DNA of 64,000 nt from an uncultured virus (IMG/VR IMGVR_UViG_3300045953_000290) (IMGVR_UViG_3300045953_000290), one strand, 5' to 3'; numbered from the stretch's first letter, positions 9,324 to 18,209 are shown. Notes: a model not told the origin generated them from the letters alone. Translations and numbers: made by a program.

Positions 9324-10708
9324 TGCTGCTGCTCCTCGCGCTCCTCCTAACCTCCTGCGTGCACCGTGCCCCACGTGAGGCCCCCGCGCCGCCGTTTTGC
9401 GCCGCGCCACTCGGGAGCTTCGCCGTCCACGCGACCAACGCGCCGCGCTTTGGCACGCCGCTGGTGAGTGGCCCGGAGGGCGCCGCCTATGCCTGCTTCA
9501 TCACGCCCAGCCTTGAGACCGTGGTCACGCGCTACGAGCCCACCACCGGACAGTGGAGCCCGCCGACGGTGCTTGCCGCCGCGACCAGAGCCGATAAGTT
9601 CCACAATCAGTGCTCCCTGGGGCTCGACCCGCAGGGCTACGTGCACGCGGCCTTCAACATGCACGACACGCCCTGGCAATACGCCATGAGCACACAGCCC
9701 CATAGCGTCCAGACGATGGTCTTCAAGGGCCAGGATGCGGGCACCAGTCCCGGCGCCTCGAGTCCGGCCGACGGCGGCTGTACGGGGACGTGTGCCACCA
9801 ACTGGACCGTCAACGAGCCCGGCATTGCGGCGCTGCCCGGCAACCAGATTACCTACCCGCACTTTGCCACGACGCAGGACGGCACGCTATTTATCGCCTA
9901 CCGCGAGTGCCTGATCTGTGATGCGGCGTTTCACGACCGGCAATGGTCGGCGGGCCTGGCGCGCTACAGTGTCGCCACCGGGACCTGGACGCGGGTGGCG
10001 GGGATCCGCCCCTGGGCCACGGAGCCGGGCAAGCTGCCGATCGGCCTGCGCCTGGCCGGCGATCCGCAGAACCGGTTGCATGCGGCCTGGGTCTGGTGCA
10101 ACCAGTACACCAAGGACGATGGCGGGCAGGCCTGCTTTGCGCATCCCAATGCGGTCACCTATGCGATCAGTGCGGATCACGGCACGAGCTGGCAGCGCAG
10201 CGATGGGTCACCCCTGACCCTGCCGCTGGGGGTACAGGAATCCGAGGTGGCGAGTGGCCCCGCGTGGTTCGAGCAGGCCGGCGCGGTGGGCTACTATGAC
10301 GGGCATGTGGCGCTGACGGTGGACACGCAGCAGCAGCCAACGCTCGTCGTGTTCCCCAATGCCAGCGACAGCAGCAAAGGCATCAAGCGCGGGTATATCA
10401 CCCAGCCCGCCACGGGCTGGACGGCGCCGCCGCGGGTGCTGGACTATTCGCCCTCGCTGGTCTCTCGCGATTGGCGCGGGCGCTGGATCGCGGTGTCGTC
10501 CGGGCTGCGGATCCATGTCTCGACCGATGGCGGGCAGACCTGGACGCTATGGCCGCTGGCGCTGGAGGACGGGCCGTACGACGTGGCGTGGGACCGGGCG
10601 TGGCTGCGGGACACGCACCAGTTGCGGCTGTACGCCCATGGCAACGAGACGGGACGGCTGACGATCTGGTCGCTGACCTTTCCTGATTCAGGACGTTGTA
10701 GCCCCTAA
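9311..10708 (+). CDS. BNR/Asp-box beta-propeller lipoprotein
   Basis: Lipobox LLTSC; Asp-boxes SADHGTSW and STDGGQTW; HN..SLG.D..G..H...NMH and TYP.F motifs of BNR_4-type proteins. Confidence 0.75.
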   Translation: MRRLMLLLLALLLTSCVHRAPREAPAPPFCAAPLGSFAVHATNAPRFGTPLVSGPEGAAYACFITPSLETVVTRYEPTTGQWSPPTVLAAATRADKFHNQCSLGLDPQGYVHAAFNMHDTPWQYAMSTQPHSVQTMVFKGQDAGTSPGASSPADGGCTGTCATNWTVNEPGIAALPGNQITYPHFATTQDGTLFIAYRECLICDAAFHDRQWSAGLARYSVATGTWTRVAGIRPWATEPGKLPIGLRLAGDPQNRLHAAWVWCNQYTKDDGGQACFAHPNAVTYAISADHGTSWQRSDGSPLTLPLGVQESEVASGPAWFEQAGAVGYYDGHVALTVDTQQQPTLVVFPNASDSSKGIKRGYITQPATGWTAPPRVLDYSPSLVSRDWRGRWIAVSSGLRIHVSTDGGQTWTLWPLALEDGPYDVAWDRAWLRDTHQLRLYAHGNETGRLTIWSLTFPDSGRCSP

Positions 10709-11346
10709 ACAATATGCCGCCAGGTTTTTCGCTGGATTATGAATCGAATAGCACTCTCGCTGACCCCAAACTCGCGAGCCAGAGCAGCTATGGAGATGTC
10801 CCCAGACTGATGGCGTTGTCGAATGACCCGTACCTGTTCAGCCGTCACTTTGGCGGTGGGATGGTGGTCCCCACGCCGGATCGATTCTGGGTGATCGCGC
10901 CATCTGGTCCGTTGTCCGGTACTACACCGGGAGAAAAATTCCTCAGGATGGCTCTGTGCGAGATGGCGGCCTTTCTGCATCATATCCTGGGTGTTGTCTT
11001 TGCTGGTGCCGAGAAAGAGATGGTCTGGCCTGACACAACGGGGCACGTCGCAGCGATGCAGGCACCAAAGGCCATCGGGGATTGGTCCATAATGGAGTTC
11101 ATACGCATAGCGATGGGCACGGAGAAGCGGTCCATTCCTCTGGGAGTTGATGACCCCGTAGCCCCATTCTTTTTTGGCACCTGTCCACAGCCAGCAGGTG
11201 GCAGTTTTCTGCACTTTCGCCCAAAAGCGTTCTTCCAGAGGCCGGAGCGCCCGCGCACGTGTGCTATGACCAGGACGCCATTGGCTTCCAGGCCCACAAA
11301 GTTCCTGACAACCGCACAGACAGAGCGTACTATCACGAGAAGCCAT
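10705..11346 (-). CDS. Free-standing HNH (His-Cys/HNH_3-type) homing endonuclease with C-terminal HTH
   Basis: CWLWTG, AHRYAY, LHRCDVPRCVRPDHL.GT..DN motifs; absent from unit B. Confidence 0.9.
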   Translation of the reverse strand: MASRDSTLCLCGCQELCGPGSQWRPGHSTRARALRPLEERFWAKVQKTATCWLWTGAKKEWGYGVINSQRNGPLLRAHRYAYELHYGPIPDGLWCLHRCDVPRCVRPDHLFLGTSKDNTQDMMQKGRHLAQSHPEEFFSRCSTGQRTRWRDHPESIRRGDHHPTAKVTAEQVRVIRQRHQSGDISIAALAREFGVSESAIRFIIQRKTWRHIV

Positions 11347-11379
11347 AGCCGCTGCATCCTCATTGCAGGGGTGGTGGTG

Positions 11380-11432
11380 AGAGCCTTGGAAGTTTTGCGG
11401 ACTTCCAAGGCTCGTATCGAGGGCTCATTATA
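11380..11432 (-). promoter_or_regulatory. TATAAT -10 and 13-bp-stem hairpin upstream of the HNH gene
   Basis: gagccttggaagt-N7-acttccaaggctc; ctataat on the minus strand. Confidence 0.5.
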
Positions 11433-11503
11433 GCAGAGATATGACCAGTATCCCATAGGAAAGAACACGTTATGGTGCTTCTGCACAGCTGCAGGTGCGG
11501 GCC

Positions 11504-11725
11504 ATGATGCCCGAGTTGCCCGAGCAGTTTGGCTGCGACCGCTGCCAGACCATCCAGCCAGTGGACTTCGTGTGCTGGGAGACCCGCAGCCGGAACCACG
11601 TCTGGTGCCTGCACTGCTGCGGTTGCGCCATGCACGGCGCGGACGATCCGGGCGGGCGCGTGGTCTGGGACCAGCACGGCTGGCGTGGGTTGGGCTCCGG
11701 GCACCAGGCCCGTCGCCATACCTGA
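11504..11725 (+). CDS. Small Zn-finger-like protein
   Basis: CxxC...CxxC; homolog at 49027..49248. Confidence 0.65.
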   Translation: MMPELPEQFGCDRCQTIQPVDFVCWETRSRNHVWCLHCCGCAMHGADDPGGRVVWDQHGWRGLGSGHQARRHT

Positions 11726-11847
11726 ATGGCTCGCCCCCACCTCGGGACTCGGAGTTCCGGTGGTGTCCGAGCGCCAGGCGGTCTGCTGACGTCTTCGTCT
11801 GGCGCGGGGCGGGCTGCTCGTGTCCTGAACCCTACGCTGGAGTGCCT

Positions 11848-13359
11848 ATGCTGACCTCATACACCAAAGCCCCCTTCCCCTACTTCGGCGGCAAGCGCCA
11901 GGCGGCGCCACTCGTCTGGCGTCTGCTGGGGGATCCCGTGCATTACATCGAGCCGTTTGCGGGCTCCCTGGCCGTGCTGCTGGAGCGCCCGCACCCGTGC
12001 AACCGCCCGTACTACTCGGAGACGATCAACGATGCCGATGGCCTGGTGATTAATGCCTGGCGCGCCATGCAGTGGCAGCCTGAGGCGACGGCTGAGGCGT
12101 GTTCCTGGCCGGTCTCGGAGGTGTGCAAACAGGCCCGCCAGGCGGCGCTCCTGGAGTGGGCCGGGAGCGGCATGCTCGACCTGCTGGCGGGCTCGCCGGA
12201 GTGGTGCGACCCGCAGATGGCGGGCTGGTGGCTCTATGCCATGTGCTGCCAGATTGGCGCGTTTCATGGCGTGGGGCCCTGGACGGCGGACCCGGTGAGC
12301 GGGCGCCTGGTCAAGCGCGGCACGGGCGAGCTGGGCGTGTTCCGCGACCGCCCGCACCCTGGATCGAGTCCAGGGCAGGCTCTGAGCAACAACGGCCTTG
12401 GCGTCAACCATGCCGGTCTGCGCGAGCCGGGCATCACGCGCCAGAGGACGCACCTGAGCGACAACGGCCAGGGCGTGCACCGCCCGCAGCTGCGCGAGCC
12501 GGGCGTCACGCGCAACCTGCCGCACCTGACCACCAACGGCCGGGGCGTGCACCATGCCGGGCTTCGCGAGCCGGGCGTGAGCCGCGACCTGCCGCACCTG
12601 AGCGACGGCGGCCGGGGCGTGCACCATGCCGGGCTTCGCGAGCCGGGCGTGAGCCGCGACCGCCCGCACCTGAGCGACAACGGCCGGGGCGTGCACCGCC
12701 CGCAGCTGCGCGAGCCGGGCGTGTGGCGCAACCGCCCGCACCCTGGATCGAGTCCAGGGCAGGCTCTGAGCGACAACGGCCAGGCCTGCACTGGAGCTTC
12801 ATCCAGTGGCGTCAACCATGCCGGGCTGCGCGAGCCTGGGGTTGGGGAGGCCTGCACTGGAGCCCTATCCAGTGAACCGGAGTTTCACCCGCTCGTCATG
12901 CCCGAGCTGCGGCGCTGGTTTCGCTGGCTCTCGGCTCGCCTGCGGCATGTGCGCATCGTCAACGGCGATTGGAGCCGCGTCTGTACCACGGGCGCCATGT
13001 ACACCCTCAATGTGCGCCAGGGGGAGGGCGTCTGCGGCGTGTTCCTCGACCCGCCGTACAGCCCCAAGGAACGCAGCGACATACTGTACCAGCAGGACGG
13101 GGACGTCACGGCGGCCGTGCGCGCCTGGTGCGTGGAGGCGGGCCAGGAGAAGCGTACCCGCATTGTGCTGGCCGGGTATGACACCGAACACGCGGCGCTG
13201 GAAGCGCACGGCTGGACGGTGCACACATGGTACACGGAGGGCTTCCTGCGCGGCGGCTACGGCAACATCGACGGCAGCTCGCAGCAGCACCGCGAGCGGC
13301 TGTGGGCGAGCCCCCACTGTGTACTGCAGGAGGGACGGCAACTGGGGCTGTTTGGTTGA
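11848..13359 (+). CDS. D12-class (Dam-like) N6-adenine DNA methyltransferase with internal 24-aa repeats
   Basis: PYFGGK, YIEPFAGS, INDAD and FLDPPY motifs. Confidence 0.9.
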   Translation: MLTSYTKAPFPYFGGKRQAAPLVWRLLGDPVHYIEPFAGSLAVLLERPHPCNRPYYSETINDADGLVINAWRAMQWQPEATAEACSWPVSEVCKQARQAALLEWAGSGMLDLLAGSPEWCDPQMAGWWLYAMCCQIGAFHGVGPWTADPVSGRLVKRGTGELGVFRDRPHPGSSPGQALSNNGLGVNHAGLREPGITRQRTHLSDNGQGVHRPQLREPGVTRNLPHLTTNGRGVHHAGLREPGVSRDLPHLSDGGRGVHHAGLREPGVSRDRPHLSDNGRGVHRPQLREPGVWRNRPHPGSSPGQALSDNGQACTGASSSGVNHAGLREPGVGEACTGALSSEPEFHPLVMPELRRWFRWLSARLRHVRIVNGDWSRVCTTGAMYTLNVRQGEGVCGVFLDPPYSPKERSDILYQQDGDVTAAVRAWCVEAGQEKRTRIVLAGYDTEHAALEAHGWTVHTWYTEGFLRGGYGNIDGSSQQHRERLWASPHCVLQEGRQLGLFG

Positions 13360-13410
13360 CCGATGCCGCATGGCCTGCCCCCTGGTCGAGCCAGGGCCTG
13401 CCCTGGAGTG

Positions 13411-13695
13411 TCATCCAGGGGCGGCTTCGCACTGCGCAGCGAGGTCCGCAATGGTCTGCGGCAGCCGCGCAAACGGCACCTGCCGGGCGTCGTGCGGGGG
13501 ACCGATGCCGGTGTGGAACGCAACCACGTCCCACGTGCCGTCCCGGTGCGGCGCCAGGGCGATCTGCCAGCGCTCCAGGAGCGGCGCTACCGTGGCCCAC
13601 GAGGGCGGCACCGGGCGGACGACCGGCGGCTGGCCGGGTTGTTGGGTCGTCAGGCTTGCACCGGACGCCGATCCGGTGGTGGCGTCAATGGCCAT
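13411..13695 (-). CDS. Hypothetical protein
   Basis: AAGGAG RBS; homolog at 52434..52733. Confidence 0.7.
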   Translation of the reverse strand: MAIDATTGSASGASLTTQQPGQPPVVRPVPPSWATVAPLLERWQIALAPHRDGTWDVVAFHTGIGPPHDARQVPFARLPQTIADLAAQCEAAPG

Positions 13696-13969
13696 AGAGA
13701 TCTCCTTGGAGTTTTCGGACTTGTAGCCGCCGGAGGGCAAGCGCACTGTCGCACGCCTCCAGCACCGCCAGCACCCGCGCCTGCGTCGCGGCGTCCCAGG
13801 TCGCTGGTGGCTGGGTCCAGTCAGCGAGCGCGATGACCTGCTGCCGTACCTGCTCGGCCAGCCGCCGCGTGGGCCAGCAGTACGCGCTGTCGAGCGGCTG
13901 GCCGTGCACGGCGAGGCGCCAGGGGTTGCGGCTGTGGGGGGTGCGGATCACGGTGAGGGGCTCAGGCAT
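13685..13969 (-). CDS. Hypothetical protein
   Basis: AAAGGAGG RBS before ATG at 13969. Confidence 0.6.
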   Translation of the reverse strand: MPEPLTVIRTPHSRNPWRLAVHGQPLDSAYCWPTRRLAEQVRQQVIALADWTQPPATWDAATQARVLAVLEACDSALALRRLQVRKLQGDLYGH

Positions 13970-14018
13970 GGGGCCTCCTTTCTGGCGTCGCGGGGCGTAT
14001 GGCGGCGCGCCCCGGCGT

Positions 14019-14161
14019 GTCATGTCGCGTCAAGTCGTGTCGAGTCAGGTCGAGTCGAGTCCAGTCGCGTCGAGTCGAGTCACGTCCAGTCTGGTCGTGT
14101 CGTGTCGTGTCACGTCTGGTCAAGTCGCGTCCGGTCATGTCCTGTCGAGTCGAGTCGCGTC
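14019..14161 (-). ncRNA. Pentameric (GAC-NN)x29 array, candidate non-contiguous guide RNA
   Basis: 29 invariant GTC triplets on + strand at exact 5-nt spacing with variable dinucleotides; no ORF spans it on the operon (minus) strand; hairpin at 13991..14014. Confidence 0.6.
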
Positions 14162-14369
14162 ACCTCCTTCTGCGCTCGGTTGTCGTCTCCCCCCACGGCC
14201 GCGGCTCCGGCAGCAGCCGGGGCTGCGGCGCCTGGCGCTCCACCGCCGGACAGTCCCAACACTGCTTCGGGTGATCGGCCGCAAGCCGCGGCGCCCAGCG
14301 GTGCCGCCCCGGAGGACAATAGCGGACGGGTGCGTCACTTTTATCGTTTTTTGCGTCGAGGATGGTCAT
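14160..14369 (-). CDS. Small Cys/His hypothetical protein
   Basis: Homolog at 52738..52947. Confidence 0.65.
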   Translation of the reverse strand: MTILDAKNDKSDAPVRYCPPGRHRWAPRLAADHPKQCWDCPAVERQAPQPRLLPEPRPWGETTTERRRR

Positions 14370-14445
14370 GACTGGATCCCCCCTCTCTGGATACGCGGCG
14401 CCTGCGCCACAGGGCGTGCTGGCCCTCTCAAGGCCCAAAAACGCC

Positions 14446-14853
14446 CTAAGCCAGCCGCCGCAGCAGCCCGAGTGTCCACCTGCCGGCCTCCACCAGCGCC
14501 CGCAGACGCTTGCTATTGCCGCGCGCCTGCCAGGCGAGGAGTTCAAAGCCCTCGACCTGCCACAGCAGCGCATCATCGTGATAGCCCAGCGTCGGCAGGG
14601 CCCCTCCCTGCCCTGGCGGCGTAAACATCCCCACGACGCGATCGAGTTCGCCCTTGAGCTGCGGGTGCGTGACATACGACGTGCACGGCCCGGCGAGCAG
14701 CCAGCGCCGCGCCATCTCCAGATCGATCAGGACGTACTCGTACAGCCCGCCCAGCCCCAGCACCGCGGCGGGCAGCAGGTAGCGCGTGCCGTGGGACGGC
14801 GGGTAGCGTGCCGGCGTGGTCTCAATCTCTGGGTGTGAGCGCGTCATCGTCAT
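14446..14853 (-). CDS. Hypothetical protein
   Basis: AGGAG RBS; homolog at 53001..53459. Confidence 0.7.
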   Translation of the reverse strand: MTMTRSHPEIETTPARYPPSHGTRYLLPAAVLGLGGLYEYVLIDLEMARRWLLAGPCTSYVTHPQLKGELDRVVGMFTPPGQGGALPTLGYHDDALLWQVEGFELLAWQARGNSKRLRALVEAGRWTLGLLRRLA

Positions 14854-15400
14854 CTCCTGCGCCAAGCCAGTGGCCGCCAAACAGGTGATCGAAGCCCAGG
14901 TTTTTGAGCAGCGCCTCGGCCTCTTCTTTGCTCGTCCACTGGGCGCCGCGTTCGACATAGGTGCGATAGAGGTCGCAAAAATACTGTCGCATGCGGCTTT
15001 CCTCGCGCTCAAAATCCCACGTCCCAAAGGCGGCTTTGCCCCCTAGTGCCTCAAAACAGCGGCGCGTGATAGGATCCTCAAGCGCCACCTCGCGGTACGG
15101 CATGCCACTGAAGCGGCGCAGATCGCTCCAAGCTTCAAGTGCCCGGTCGCGTGCCGGCAGCGCGGGAGGAGAGGCGAAGGCTTCGCCGGCGACTTTGAGC
15201 AGTTGGGAAATCTGCGGGAAAAAGTCATAGCGGCGTCGGGCCAGCACGAAGACGATCTTGACTTGCTCCAGCGTGAGATGCTTGAGGTCTTCGAAGTAGC
15301 CTTCGAGGACTGCGGCAAAATCGGGTTTGCTGTTGGGATAAAACGCCGCCAGAGTGGTCATGAGCGCATGGAAGGCATCGATATCGTCAGGGCTGTTCAT
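14822..15400 (-). CDS. Putative helicase loader (lambda P-position)
   Basis: Follows the initiator gene; FFP.IS.L motif common in such proteins. Confidence 0.55.
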   Translation of the reverse strand: MNSPDDIDAFHALMTTLAAFYPNSKPDFAAVLEGYFEDLKHLTLEQVKIVFVLARRRYDFFPQISQLLKVAGEAFASPPALPARDRALEAWSDLRRFSGMPYREVALEDPITRRCFEALGGKAAFGTWDFEREESRMRQYFCDLYRTYVERGAQWTSKEEAEALLKNLGFDHLFGGHWLGAGDDDDALTPRD

Positions 15401-16451
15401 GCACATCCTTTCGCAGTGCTGGATTCCAGCGGGGATCGTTTTTCATGCGCTGGGCGGATTGTTGCGCCTGGCGCGTCAGGTCTTGCATGCGGGGACTCAG
15501 GGCGGCCATCGCCTCCTGGTTGTCTGGCTGGCTCGCTTCCTGTGGAGGATCATCGGCGTAATTGCCTTCGTAGACTTTCACACAGTTTTCGATGCCGTCT
15601 TTTTTGCTGAGGAGGAAGTTCAGAGTGAACTTGAATCGTGGATGGCCTGGCCCATTGCGTTCTCCCCGGAGAAAGGCAGAATTCGCAGGAGCGCGAAAGC
15701 AGGTCAGCCAGAACAGGCGGTCGGGAAAGTCCTTGAGACGCTTCTCAATGCGCTGACGGCGCTCTGGTGACAGGGTTTTGGCCATGGGGATGCCTGGGGG
15801 GATATTCGCGTTGTATAGGGCCACAAACGCTTCTGCGCTGGTAATCGTCGCCAGCTCTATCGCCTCCTCGGAGGAGGAGGGAGGAGGAGGTATCGGCTGC
15901 TTAGGATCTTTTCTTGTCTTAGATCTTGTCTTTAGTCTTAGATCTTGAAGATCCTGAATCTGTAACAATTCCTGGTTGACAGCGGAAAAGGGTGCACTGG
16001 ACTGCACCTTTTCGTTGCTCATCTCTGGAAAGGGTGCACTGGACTGCACCTTTTCTTCGAGAAAGGGTGCACTGGACTGCACCTTTTCGTTGCTCATCTC
16101 TGGAAAGGGTGCACTGGACTGCACCTTTTCTTCGAGAAAGGGTGCACTGGACTGCACCTTTTCTTCGGCAGGTCCAGAAAGGGTGCACTCGGCTGCACCC
16201 TTTACGACATAGATCGACGGATACCCACGTCCTCTGCCATGCTCAACAAGCAGTTCACCGACTTCGACCAGATGTTTAATCAGATATTGCGCCTGGCGTC
16301 TCTCCATGCGGCATTTTTGCGCCAGCCGGTCCATAGTCGGCCAGCACCGTCCGGCATCGTTGGCCATATCGGCGATGGCCAGCATCATGAGCAGATTGGT
16401 GCCCGTCTGTTGGCTATGGTCCCACACATAGGCCATGACTTTGACGCTCAC
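15387..16451 (-). CDS. Replication initiator with N-terminal winged HTH (lambda O-like)
   Basis: LAIADMANDAGRCWPTMDRLA motif; internal iterons. Confidence 0.8.
   Translation of the reverse strand: MSVKVMAYVWDHSQQTGTNLLMMLAIADMANDAGRCWPTMDRLAQKCRMERRQAQYLIKHLVEVGELLVEHGRGRGYPSIYVVKGAAECTLSGPAEEKVQSSAPFLEEKVQSSAPFPEMSNEKVQSSAPFLEEKVQSSAPFPEMSNEKVQSSAPFSAVNQELLQIQDLQDLRLKTRSKTRKDPKQPIPPPPSSSEEAIELATITSAEAFVALYNANIPPGIPMAKTLSPERRQRIEKRLKDFPDRLFWLTCFRAPANSAFLRGERNGPGHPRFKFTLNFLLSKKDGIENCVKVYEGNYADDPPQEASQPDNQEAMAALSPRMQDLTRQAQQSAQRMKNDPRWNPALRKDVHEQP
15987..16203. repeat. Origin iterons of unit A
   Basis: Five copies (one variant) of the dyad aaagggtgcactggactgcaccttt, adjacent to an AT-rich agatct/tctt tract at 15900..15960. 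Confidence 0.8.
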
Positions 16452-16472
16452 TGCCAGTGCTCCACCTGGTAT

Positions 16473-16724
16473 CTAGTACATGTCTTCCATCAACGCGAGA
16501 CGCCGCTTGAGATCCGCGACCCGTTTTTTGAGCGAATCCATGCGGATTTTCAACACGGCTTCCCGGTGTTTGAGCTGTGCTTCCTGTTCCTGCACGCGGG
16601 CTTCGCGGGCTTCCAGTACTGCTTCACGACTCAGCTCCGGTCCCTGTGCGGTTGTTTTCGCCTTCATTTCTGCTATCCTTTCTGCTGCGCCGGCGTCTCT
16701 TGCCGCCGGCGTGTCTTGCCGCAA
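16473..16724 (-). CDS. Coiled-coil hypothetical protein
   Basis: ORF in the early operon. Confidence 0.5.
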   Translation of the reverse strand: MRQDTPAARDAGAAERIAEMKAKTTAQGPELSREAVLEAREARVQEQEAQLKHREAVLKIRMDSLKKRVADLKRRLALMEDMY

Positions 16725-16754
16725 GTATTGTTCCGTCTCTGTCGCCCCGGGGGG

Positions 16755-16997
16755 TTATCCCTTCCCCCCGGGGCGGTGCGGCGCCTGCCGCTCCTCACAC
16801 ACCAATTCCTCCATCGCCACCCCCAGCACCTGGGCGAGCTTGGCCAGCGTCTGCGGGTAGACGTACAGCCGCTTGCCACACTCCAGCGCGCTCACGTACT
16901 GCTGCGCCCAGTCCATGGACGCACCCAGCTCGCGCTGGGTGAGCTGCAGCCGGTGGCGCAGCCGGCGCACCAGGGCCCCATCCAGCACCGTGCGCAT
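16755..16997 (-). CDS. XRE-family HTH regulator
   Basis: LTQRELG..QQYVSALECG; homolog at 56110..56352. Confidence 0.85.
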   Translation of the reverse strand: MRTVLDGALVRRLRHRLQLTQRELGASMDWAQQYVSALECGKRLYVYPQTLAKLAQVLGVAMEELVCEERQAPHRPGGKG

Positions 16998-17043
16998 ACG
17001 TGCCTCACTTCACAATCAGATGGTTGTGCAACCCGTGCTCCTC

Positions 17044-17310
17044 TTACGGCCCCAGACTCTTCCCGCCCACCATCCGCAGGCCCGCGGCCTCCGCCGTGGT
17101 GCGGCGGCGGCGGGAGGCGTCCCAGGCGAGCACATCCCCGCCGTGATAGCGCACGAGCTCGCCGTACTTGCGAAACGGCGGGCCGCCGCCCCGGTGGCGC
17201 CAGCTTTGCAGCGTGCGCACCGCTACCCGCAGGTAGGCCGCGATCTCGCTCGGGAGGTAGATCAGGTTGGGGTCGAGAGGTCCTGGGGGTGCCTGGGGAT
17301 CAGGTATCAT
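17044..17310 (-). CDS. Excisionase-like HTH protein
   Basis: EIAAYLRVAVRTLQSWR..GGGPPF.K...VRY motif. Confidence 0.8.
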   Translation of the reverse strand: MIPDPQAPPGPLDPNLIYLPSEIAAYLRVAVRTLQSWRHRGGGPPFRKYGELVRYHGGDVLAWDASRRRRTTAEAAGLRMVGGKSLGP

Positions 17311-17509
17311 CCGCACGCTCCTCCTCGTCATACAAGGCCTCAACCGAAACCTCGAGGGCCTTCGCCAGGTCATAGAGCACGAGACTGGAGACCCCGACCG
17401 TGCCAGCCTCATACTCCGCAATCAGGGAGCGGGATTTGCCGAGTTTGTCTGCCAGCACTTGTTGGGTCATCCCACGCGACTTGCGCCACTGTTTGATTGC
17501 GAGCTTCAT
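17300..17509 (-). CDS. Cro-like repressor
   Basis: XRE HTH, divergent from cI. Confidence 0.8.
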   Translation of the reverse strand: MKLAIKQWRKSRGMTQQVLADKLGKSRSLIAEYEAGTVGVSSLVLYDLAKALEVSVEALYDEEERADDT

Positions 17510-17530
17510 TGAGTCCTCCGTGCGTCGGTA

Positions 17531-17633
17531 ATGCCGACATTTTAGCATGGATGTCGATTCTGGCAACCTTTTTTCTTCACTTCCCAGCGTGAGGCCGCTT
17601 CCTCTTGAGGTATAATGTCGATGTTATCGACAT
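17531..17633. promoter_or_regulatory. cI/cro switch region with operator dyad ATGTCGAT-N3-ATCGACAT
   Basis: Dyad at 17615..17633 overlapping TATAAT; conserved at 56970..56988. Confidence 0.65.
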
Positions 17634-17659
17634 ATGGAGTAGTCGTGAAAGGCGACACA

Positions 17660-18028
17660 ATGAGTACAGCGATGATGGTGAATAGCGATCTTGTAGGACA
17701 GGTGTTTGGGGCATCGGTGCGGCACGTGCGCAAATCCCTCGGCATGAAACAGGAAGTGCTCGCTGAGGCCGTTGGCTATTCCCGGACGCGCCTGAGTGAG
17801 ATTGAAAATGGCGATTTACCCACGTTTGATAAAGCCGTCAGTATCGCCAACGAGCTTAGGGTACCCCTGGATCGCTTACTGTACCCCCTGCTCAGCACGC
17901 CGGCGATGGGGACGACGCCACACTTCCTGCACCGGCTGATGCAGTTGCCGTCCCACGAGCAACGTCGCATTGTGGAGCTGTTTCAGGTGCTCCTGGATGA
18001 GATCAAGCTGGTGGTCGTCTCGGCCTAG
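17660..18028 (+). CDS. CI-like XRE repressor (no peptidase domain)
   Basis: QEVLAEAVGYSRTRLSEIENG HTH. Confidence 0.8.
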   Translation: MSTAMMVNSDLVGQVFGASVRHVRKSLGMKQEVLAEAVGYSRTRLSEIENGDLPTFDKAVSIANELRVPLDRLLYPLLSTPAMGTTPHFLHRLMQLPSHEQRRIVELFQVLLDEIKLVVVSA

Positions 18029-18188
18029 AGAGCTGCTTCCCCCTCGCTTCCCCGCTCCTGCCTCCTGCGGGATCCTGCCCGGTCGTGCTGGCCCTCAGGC
18101 CACCCTTGCGCTGAGAAAACATCGTTCTATTCATTCCACCCTGTACGACGCTGCATAGCGCCGCACGACGCTATAAGGCGCTATGACG

Positions 18189-18209
18189 AGTGTTGCATGA
18201 CGTAACACT
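18189..18209. other. Candidate att core (7-7-7 dyad)
   Basis: AGTGTTG-CATGACG-TAACACT in the only non-coding gap next to int; covarying copy at 57544. Confidence 0.45.

Larger units (their letters stand above)
1..18188. mobile_element. Prophage unit A (right part: ejection/tail, lysis-position genes, MTase, replication, immunity)
   Basis: Gene-for-gene homology with 36125..57543; right boundary inferred from the candidate att dyad. Confidence 0.85.

Noticed and set aside
14019..14161. In-window target for the pentamer array
   Set aside because: Reading NN as codon positions 1-2 gave only a loose resemblance to the cupin segment ALEDTVWVTCHA, not a colinear match; a full gapped search was not possible by eye
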